Assembly: GCF_006345805.1 (NCBI RefSeq)
Contig: NC_043024.1
Span: 14,446,001 to 14,510,000 of the forward strand
DNA: 64,000 bases
Origin: Octopus sinensis
Lineage: Eukaryota
Reading direction: 5' to 3'
The translations under genes and the position numbers were made by a program. Under the pieces are notes generated by a model. The model saw only the letters and a list, made by a program, of their open reading frames with translations, searched no databases and had not been told where the DNA came from. This document shows positions 27,046 to 38,105 of the stretch, one piece after another. Position 1 is the first letter of the stretch, and every line of letters starts with the position of its first letter.

Positions 27046-29954
27046 ATATATATATATATAGTAAATCCCCAAAAACATAAAACAAGCACAAAAAAAAACA
27101 AGTCGAAGACGTGGTACGTATAAAGTATTAAGAGATGCTCAGGGAAGGGAAGAAAGGTAGTTTTACGTTTCAACCAAAGCTCTTCTTCAGAAAAAGGAGA
27201 CAGGAGAGTCCAAGAGAAAAGGAAGATGGTGGAAAAAATATATATATATATATTTAGATATATATATAATATATTCGCGGTTCGCCCGCCCTCCCCCACC
27301 CCCACCACCCATACCGGAGAACACTCTGTTTACACCATCCCCTCTACCACCGCCACCACTACGTGTGTCTGTTCCTCCTACCCCTCCTCCTCAATATACT
27401 TTCTCACTATATATTTACCCCTGCCTCTCTCCCCCTGGACAGAAGCAGCTAGCGCCGCAGCTCATCAAACGTCCCACTTAACCTGTTATCTTATGTTCCT
27501 CCTGTTTGAAATGTGTCACTGCCTCAACCGGCTATCTCCTTCCAGCCCCCTCCCCCACTCGTGATATCCTACGTTTTACTTCCTACTTTTCATTCTGTCT
27601 AGAACCTGCCACCAACCCTACCTGTCATCGTTTCTCTTTACCCCAAACCTTCCCCACTGGTGCTCCCCTATATTACATGCACCCCCCCACTCTCTCTCCC
27701 TCTCTTCTCTCTGCCGGAACCTGCCGCAATGCAACGAAAAAGGCAATAACCGATCGTGGCCGATGCCAGACCCCTCTGGCACCTGTGCAGGTGGCACGTA
27801 AAAAGCACCCACTACACTCGCGGAGTGGTTGGCGTTAGGAAGGGCATCCAGCTGTAGAAACACTGCCAGATCAGACTGGAGCCTGGGGCAGCCCCTGGCT
27901 CCCCAGACCCCGGTCAAACCGTCCAACCCGTGCTAGCGCGGAAAACGGACGTTAAACGATGATGATGATGATGATGATATATATATATTGAGTATAGTCA
28001 CATTTATTGACAATTATAATTCCTGTTTTTGGTGAAACATTTCAACCTATTGTTTATATTAATTTTGTGTATACACATTAGCTAATTGCTAAATTATCCA
28101 TCAATTTGGATGGCGAAAACATAAATACTAATGGAGAAACAGATCCAGAAAAAAATCAAACACCAGACAGACTTAACTGATAAAACAACAGAAATTGCCA
28201 AAACTGGCATCAGTCTTAAGAATTCTTCGTTGGCATTTTTCAGACAATTATGGTCCCTGTTGGTGTATATGTTTTCATTCATGTGCCCCAACTACAGCAT
28301 GAGACCATTTTAGTCTTTATTTCTAGCAATATAAGTGTTTTTCAACATCCTAATCACAGTTAGTGACATAAATATATATACATACATACATACATACGTA
28401 CATACATATATATATCTATACATCGCCGTGATAGATCGTTAGCCACTACACACATTTTTTTCTCTCCTTGTTTTTTCTGTGTCCCTTTCTATGGAAGAGC
28501 GTAGGCTCGAAACGTAAAAGACTTTTTCTATTTCTATTCCTGAGCGCTATACTAATACATCTGTTTGTTTTGTACTCCACCTGCCTTCGTCTTTTGTGTT
28601 TTTTATGTAAACTCTCCCTACATATATATAGGCACATGTAGGCTCAGGCATGGCTATGTGGTAAGTAGCTTGCTTACCAACCACATGGTTCCAGGTTCAG
28701 TATCACTGCATGGCACCTAGGGCATGTGTCTTCTACTATAGCCTCGGGCCGACAAAAAGCCTTTTGAGTGGATTTGATTGACAGAAACTGAAAGAAGTGC
28801 ATCGTATATACATGTATATATTTGTGTGTCAGTGTTTGTCCTCCACCATCGTTTGACAACCGAGCAAAAAAGACCGATAGAATAAGTACTAGGCTTGCAA
28901 AGAATAAGTCCTGGGGACAATTTGTTCAACTAAAAGCAGTGTTGTGGCATGGCTGCAGTCAAATAACAAAAACAAGTAAAAGAATATATATATATATATA
29001 ACCTGTCTATATAACCTATATATGTAACCTGCCTTCTTCTGTTCTCTACTCTACTTGAACGGTTCCATCATCTCCTCCTCCTTCCTCACACAATAGCCAT
29101 TCCTCCAGTACTCTGCTTCTTATAACCAGAAATGGTTCTGATGAAAGTAGCATTAATTTCCTTAGGTTTTTCAGTTCTCTTCAATTGGCCAATAGACCAG
29201 TTGGGTAAACCTGTCTCTAAATGTACCTATAATGACTACTGGACACAACTGGTAGCAAAGTTGGCTCTGACAAAGGCAAAATATGTAATGACCATCACTG
29301 TTAACTTCTTTCTGATATAATTTGGGAAAGGCATAAGTGGAAAAGTGTATGTCACATTTGTGCCATTTTGAAAATTACCAACAGAAAGGAACCAAGGTTT
29401 TTAAGCCAGATCAGTGGAGAAGAAACGATTGAGTGAGAGTCTGCTTGAGTTATAAATGTGTATTTTATTTTGTCTTAAATGCAGTATGGAATAAGATATC
29501 TATTTTCAATTTCCAGCACCATCCGTATCAATACCATATTCAGAATCCACAGTAACAGGTTCGTACATATTATCATAAATTAAAAACACTCTGTGTGATA
29601 TCATTTAATTCATTAGGTGAATGTATGTGTGCATGTGTATGTATGCATGTGTGTGTGTATGTGTGTGTTTGTGTTTGCATGTACATTTGTGTATATGTGT
29701 GTGCAGGTGTGTATATGTGTGTGCAGGTGTGTACATGTGTGCGCACACACATGCATGTAAGTGTTTTTTTTTTGTGTGTCAATTTTTTTCCTCCATCTTC
29801 CTTTTCTATTGGACTTTCATCTGTTTCTGAAGAAGAGCTTTGATCAAAATGTAAATCACCTTTCTTTCCTTCCCTGAGTACCTGCTAATACTTTACACTT
29901 ACCGTGTCCGCGAGTTGTTGTTTATTTGTTTGTTCTTTGTGTTTTTGAATTTAC

Positions 29955-29997
<43 letters not shown>

Positions 29998-31056
29998 GAG
30001 ATATGTTACAAAAAGAAAATAGAAACTACACATGGTAATGTAAGGGGAAAGTAAGAAGAAAAATAAGTGAAAATGCACATTGGAAATCAAAAAAAGTAAA
30101 GGTTTTTTATGCAAAGTAACGAAAGATATATACAATTAGGAATAAAAGTAATAAAAGTCATTACTGTGAATTGTTAAAGAGATTCAAAAGCATACCAGTT
30201 TCGTGAATTTACTAATCATTGCTTTGAATACAACTATTCATTGCTTTATTGAGTATAATCACATTTATCGACAATTATAATTCCTGTTTTTGGTGAAATA
30301 TTGCAACCTGCTGTTTATATTAATCTTGTGTATACAACACATTAGCAAATAGCCAAATCACCCATCAACTTGGATGAAGAAAACATAAATACTAATAGAG
30401 AAACAGGTCCAGAAAAATCTGAATACCAAGTGGACTTAATTGATAAGACAATGGAAATTACCAAGACTGTCGTCAAGAATTCTTAGTCGACATTTTTCAG
30501 ACATTTATGGTCCCTGTTAGTGTATGTTTTCATTCATGTACCTTCACTACAGCATTAGAGCATTTTAACCTTTATTTCTAGCAATGTAAGTGTTTCTTGA
30601 CATCCTAACCACATTTAATGATAATAATATATATGTATATAGGCGCAGGAGTGGCTGTGTGGTAAGTAGCTTGTCTACCAACCACATGCTTCCGGGTTCA
30701 GTCCCACTGCGTGGCACCTTGGGCAAGTGTCTTCTACTATAGCCTCGGGCCGACCAAAGCCTTGTGAGTGGATTTGGTAGTTGGAAACTGAAAGAAACCT
30801 GTTGTATATATGTATATATATATATGTGTGTGTTTGTGTGTCTGTATTTGTCCCCTATAATTGCTTGACAACCGATGCTGGTGTGTTTATGTCCCCATTA
30901 CTTAGTTGTTCGGCAAAGGAGAACGATAGAATAAGTACTGGGCTTACAAAAGAATAAGTCCTGATTAAAGGTGGTGCTCCAGCATGGCCACAGTCAAATG
31001 ACTGAAACAAGTAAAAGAATAAAAGAGTTATATATATATGTATATATATATATATG

Positions 31057-31109
<53 letters not shown>

Positions 31110-32244
31110 CCTGTCTATAACTAATTTAGAGACGAACTACCATTCCACAACTCAGTCAATGAAGAACCTGTCCAGAACCATGCTGTGAGACATATACCAT
31201 GCAAAATACTAATCTAAAATTTTAGTATTTTATAGAGATTGAACAGTAAGATTATTACAATCATATAATATAGAAGAGCAAATACTTTCAAAATCTCAGC
31301 GAATACCATACAAAGAAACATTCATCGTAAAAATATTAACCTAAAATCAAATAAAGTATAAATTGAACAATAAAAATTAATAAAGTAATATCTTTATATA
31401 TAAAAGTGAAGTTGTGTGAGTGTCTGTCTCCTACGATTTAGATTGTTAACTACTCCCACATTTTGCGGTGCAGTTTAACCAAAAGCGGGTATCTTATAGT
31501 CGTGATTCATACCCCTTCTGGGTATTAGCGCACGTCTACGATGAGTCTACGATTTTAAAAATAATTTACCATCATTTTTTTCCATTTTAATGCATTTTTC
31601 CGCTATTATATAAGGGAAGTAACTCTCTAAAAATGTCTACGATGAGTCAACGATTTAAAAAAAATTTACCATAATTTTTTTTCCATTTTTAATGCATTTT
31701 TTTGCTATTTTTTGGCTATAATGCTCTAAAAATGCTTTATAGTTACTTCCCTTACAAACCCGAGCAACGCCGGGCGATACTGCTAGTAATCTATAAAAGT
31801 AAGTACTTGTACATTGACTACGCACGTTTCATGGCTGCATTAGGACTATATAATATAGTTTATGGTTGTTCGTCTCTACATTAGTTATATACATATATTA
31901 TATATTATATTATAAAGTTCAGTCAAATATTATTATACTGAATTTTACCTGTAAGGTTGGAATAATAATTTATTCCTTAATAATAGTATTATTATTATAT
32001 ATAACCTGTCTATATAACCTATATATGTAACCTGTCTTCTTCTGTTCTCTATTCGACTTGAATGTTTCCATCTTCCATCTCCGCTTACCTCCCCCATACA
32101 ATAGCCATTTCTCCTGTGCTTTGCTTGTTATTACCAGGAAAGGCTCTGAAGAATGCAGCATTAATTTTGTTCAGTTTTCCGAGCCAAATTTACTCCTATA
32201 AGAAAAAATATATAATGACCTTTATTTTTAACTTGTTTCTGGTA

Positions 32245-32291
<47 letters not shown>

Positions 32292-35200
32292 AGGAGTGGA
32301 GGTGCCAAGGCCCAGTTGTTAGGGCAGCGGACTCGCGGTCGGAGGATCGCGGTTTCGATTCCCAGACCGGGCGTTGTGTGTGTTAATTGAGCGAAAACAC
32401 CTAAAAGCTCTACGAGGTTCTGGCAGGGGTGGGGTGGGGTGGCGACCCCTGTTGTACTCTTTCACCACATCTTTCTCTCACTCTATTTTCCTGTTTCTTG
32501 AGTAATGCTGTAATGGACTGGCATCCCATCCAGCTGGGAGGGGGGAACACATCTGCCACAGAAACCAGGAAACCAGGCCCATGAGCCTGGCTAGGCTTGA
32601 AAAGGGCGACATTTACGTTTTATAAGGTAAGGAAGAAAATGGAGAAGAGCTTCAATTGACAGACATCAGCAAGATTTATTTATTATAATCATAGAAATAT
32701 ATAAATAAATAAATACAACTCCACCCTTACAGCTGTTTCTATTTTGGGCGTCCAGTATGCTAAAGCTGACATATCATACAAAAATTGAATTGACTCCCTG
32801 ATGAAGCTTTGGAGTTCAATTTTTGTATGATATATCCACTTTAGCATACTGGACCCACAAAGTAGAAACATCTGTAAGACTGGAGTTGTATTTATTCATT
32901 TATTCCTATGATTATAATAAAAATATCTTATTTGATGTTTATCAATTGAATCTCTTCTCCATTTTCTTCCTTGCCTTATGTAAATTCTGGATAAACTTTT
33001 GTTTACCTCTACCTGTATCTATTATTCAATTGTACTATTGCCTTGCAAAAGTAAGCCTTTGAATATTAATTAGGTATCCCTCCAGTAGTATACTGGATAT
33101 TTATTATCCCTTAGATGGTTGTCTTACCTCTAACTCATATATACTCTATGTGTGTGTATATATATATATATAACAAAGTGGAGTTGTAGGGTACCACACG
33201 AGTGGAATTATATATGAAAGAAGGTTTGAAAATACAATTTTAAAAGATGTTTATTTACTTTACCGGTTTCACTCTTTGGAAAAAGATTGTCAAAAGTAAC
33301 ATGTAAAAGTTTGGTTGTGTTAATTATTGGTTGTTACAAAATGCTACATTACATATATACAGTCTTTGGTAACAAGAACATGTTAAGGATATAAGAAAGT
33401 TTAACAAGTTCCCTAAAATATTGGGCACAAAAAATTACAACATAAATATACATTCTCAAGAAAATGTTAAAGATAGTTACCAGACGGAATCATTAAAAAG
33501 TTCAGTGGGATATTGGTATTGTACAATACCAATATCCCACTGAACTTTTTATAATTATATATATTTATATTTGTGGAGGAACTTGTGGAAGAATTAGACC
33601 GAGGAAGACATGGGATGAGGTGGTGAAGCATGATCTTTGAATGTTGGGTCTTATCAAGACGACAAGTGACTGAGACCTTTATTTGTATGCCATACTTGAG
33701 AAGACCCATCAAGCCAAGTGAAATTGTAGTTATGCCCAATCCTGGTGTCATGTAACAGGCGACCACGCTGGAAGCACGTACAAAGCATACTTCAAATATT
33801 GGGCCACAGGGAGGTGATAAATGACCAAGGCTTAGAAAAGACTCATGAAGCAAAGTGAAATCACAGTTGCAGCCTATACTAGAGTCACATTACTGGCATC
33901 CAGGCCAGTGCCATATACGAAGCAACTGTTACTGTCTTGGAGTGGTTGGCATTAGGAAGGGCATCCAGCTGTAGAAACCATGCCAAATCAGATTGTAACT
34001 TGGTGCAGCTCTCCAGCTTAACATTTTTGATAGATAGATAGATGGACGGACGGATAAAGAGTGAAACAGATGTGGATCATAACTAAAAAAGATGAGAAAA
34101 GAGTCAATATATTCTGTTAATGCATTCCACACACATCAAATGTCAGTTTTGATATCTAATCTGTTAGCATTTCAACAAAAGCACAAAGTGAAAGTAAATT
34201 ATAAGAAACAAATTTGGAAAAGGCAATAGGGGGAAAATGTATGTCACATTTGTGCCATTTTGAAAATTACCAAAAGAAAGGAACCAAGGTTTTTCAGCCA
34301 GATCAGTGGTGAAGAAACATTTGACTGGGAGTCTGCTTGAGTTATGAATGTGTATTTTATTTTGTCTTAAATGCAGTATGGAATAAAATATCTATTTTCA
34401 ATTTCCAGCATCAACCGTATCAATACCATATTCAGAATCCACAATAACAGGTTTGTTCATATTATTATGAATTAAAAACACATTGTGTGATAAAATTTAA
34501 TTCATCAGGTGTGTTTGTGACTGTATGTAAATGATAAGTGACTGTAAAAGCAAATTATAAGAAGAAGCAAATTTGGAAAAGGCAATAGTGGAAACGTGCC
34601 AGTGGCACGTGAGAAAAACATTCAAGCAAGGTCATTGCCAGTACCGCCTGAGTGGCCTTCGTGCCGGTGGCACGTAAAAGTACCCACTACATTCTTGGAG
34701 TGGTTGGCGTTAGGAAGGGCATCCAGCTGTAGAAACTTTGCCAGATAAAGATTGGAGCCTAGTGCAGCCATCAGGTTCGCCAGTCCTCAGTCAGATCGTC
34801 CAACCCATGCTAGCATGGAAAGCGAACATTAAACAATGATGATGATGCTGATCTATGTCACATTAACGCCATATCTAATCTGTTAGCACTTCAAGAAAGG
34901 CACAAAGTGAAAGTAAATCATAAGAAGCAAATTTGGAAAAGGCAATAGGGGGAAAGTGTATGTCACATTTGTGCCATTTTGAAAATTACCAAAAGAAAGG
35001 AACCAAGGTTTTTCAGCCAGATCAGTGGGGAGGAAACAATTGACTGAGAGTCTGCTTGAGTTATGGATGTGTATTTTATTTTGTCTTAAATGCAGTATGG
35101 AATAAGATATCCATTTTCAATTTCCAGCATCATCCGTATCAATGCCATATTCGGAATCCACAGTAACAGGTTTGTACATATTGTTATGAATTATAAACAC

Positions 35201-36396
35201 TTTGTGTGATACCATTTAATTCGTCAGGTGAATGTGTGCATATGGGTGTGTGCATATATATGTGTTTGTGACTGACTATGTGCATGTATGTGTATGACTG
35301 TGTGTAAGAACCACTTGTATAAAATATTGAGAAAATCAGAAATTCAATATTCTATGGAATAAAATAACCTATTTTCAATTTCCAGCACCGACTGTATCAA
35401 TACCATATTCAGAATCTACAGTAACAGGTTTGTTCATATTATTATGAATTAAAAACACATTGTGTGATATCATTTAATTTATCAGGTGAATGTGTGTATG
35501 TGTGTGTGTGTTTGTGTATGTGTGTTTGTGTCTGTTTGAGAACGTGTGTATATGTGTGTCAGAACTACTTGTATAAAATATAATTATAACTTATTTATAA
35601 ATAAGTATAACTTATTTATAACTAATTGTATAAACTTTATACTTGTATAAAATATAAGGTGGCAAACTGGCAGAAACGTTAGCACGCCAGGCAAAATGTT
35701 TAGCGGTACTTCATCTGCCATTACGTTCTGAGTTCAAATTCCACCGAGGTCAACTTTGTCTTTCATCCTTTCGGGGTCGATAAATTAAGTACCAGTTATG
35801 CACTGGGGTTGATGTAATCGACTTAATCCCTTTGTCTGTCCTTGTTTGTCCCCTCTATGTTTAGCCCCTTGTGGGCAATAGAGAAATAAGAACTACTTGT
35901 ATAAAATATTGAGGAAATCAGAATTCAGCTATTGACAATAAGTTAAAAAAAATAACTTGGGCATTTTGTATTAACTTAAATATTTTGATAAGACTGTTCA
36001 ATAATTCTGTATATATATTTTTATCATCACCATTTTCTCTACACTTACCATGCTTTTATTATATGTTAGGGGAGTTGTCACTGTTGGAATTACTATTTCA
36101 CCTATTAAACTATTTATTATAGGTTGCACTAGTTGTCACCATCTGAAATGAGATATAGAGACACGAGTCTTTTACTCCTTTACTTGTTTCAGTCATTTGA
36201 CTGTGGCCATGCTGGAACACCGCCTTAAGTCGAGCAAATCGACCCTGGGACTTATTCTTTGTAAGCCTAGTACTTATTCTATCAGTCTCTTTTGCCGAAC
36301 CACTAAGTTATAGGGACGTAAACACACCAGCATCGGTTGTCAAGCAATGCTAGGTGAACAAGCACAGACACACACACAAACACACACACACACACA

Positions 36397-36483
<87 letters not shown>

Positions 36484-38070
36484 TATAGATATATACGACA
36501 GGCTTCTTTGAGTTTCCGTCTACCAAATCCACTCACAAGGCTTTGGTTGGTCCGAGGCTATAGTAGGAGACACTTGCCCAAGATGCCATGCAGTGGGACT
36601 GAACCCGGAACCATGTGGTTGGTAAGCAAGCTACTTACCACACAGCCACTCCTGCACCTCTTCAAAATTACACCAAAGTCCCTAATTTTTTCCCCTCTTT
36701 GTCCTTTCCAGTTGTTTTCTGCACATGGTGGATATCCTATCAATAACAATTTTACTGTATATATGCATATGAATGGATATATTTTATATTCCTCTATACG
36801 TTGGATAAGCAGATTTTACGAAGCATGATGTACTTCAAAATACTCCACTAAACTCACTACTCTATAATGGAAGGCAAGGTTTATGATATCGGAAGAATAT
36901 AATCTTCTTCCATCATCTTCTTGTTCTTCGTGTAGTTCAGGCTTCCGGCAGGCGAAGAGAGAAGACTTCAAGTACAAATGCTATTTACAACTGGTTTATT
37001 TACAAGATTTATAGAATAGGTGTAGTGTGCTGCTCTCAGCTACCATCTTTAGCTGTGTGTATTGTGTAGTAGCTCCGTTAGTGCAGGCGCATTGCCTCTG
37101 GAGATACAACATGTAGACAGGTCCAGCCAACGGTGGTGTTCAGCCAGCGCTGCTGTGAAGGTGGCACCAAAACAGAGAGATTTGAATCGAGTTTTCCCAT
37201 AATATATATTTCTATATTTCTTTACTACCCACAAGGGGCTAAACATAGAGGGGACAAACAAAGGGATTAAGTCGATTATATCGACCCCAGTGCGTAACTG
37301 GTACTTAATTTATCGACCCCGAAAGGATGAAAGGCAAAGTCGACCTCGGCGGAATTTGAACCCAGAACACGTGACAGCAGACGAAATACAGCTACGCATT
37401 TCGCTCGGCGTGCTAACGATTCTGCCAGCTCACCGCCTTATATTTCCCATAATATAGTTTTCCATCGCGAGCCTTGTTGTGATCTCGCGCATGGCAGATG
37501 GATGCAGGTGAGGTCTTGCTCCACTCTCAGAGATAGCAATGGCTTCCACGAGATCTCATCCAATATGGCGCTACCTGCTTGTGCTACTACAACTCCAATA
37601 AATACAAACTCTCGACGATCTGAATGACTTCCAGTGACTTCCACAAATTCTCAACAACTCCTATGACCTTTCTCTCATCTCAGCCAATGCGCTACTTTGT
37701 GTAAGACTTCAATTAGTTCATTCTTCCAATTCCACAGGCGTGTCAATGACTCTCGCCACAACATCTCCCCTTTTGAAATTGACTTCCATTGGAAATTAAT
37801 ATTATTATTATTGTTGTTATTGTTATTTATTTTTTCTTACACAGTACCTCCTTTTTTGAAATTTTCTTCCTTGGGAAGTTTAATATATCTTCTGTTTAGA
37901 CACTACTTCCAACCGTTCTCTCTGTTTCCTCTTTCTTGGGCTCCCTGTTTTGGCGTTGTAACATCAAAGGTGTCGTAGAGCACTTCCATGTGTATCTCTT
38001 TTCATTTTTCCGTATATCTATTTATTAGCTGGTTTAAATGTCTTTTGCATATATATATGTACACACACAC

Positions 38071-38105
<35 letters not shown>

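Noticed and set aside
32305-32380. tRNA genes at SINE heads (also 30641, 62412)
   Set aside because: A/B boxes run into repeated SINE bodies; no complete cloverleaf.
36925-37690. Possible LTR or primer-binding-site remnant split by a SINE (tttcccataatata duplication)
   Set aside because: No second LTR or recognisable gag/pol; boundaries cannot be set.
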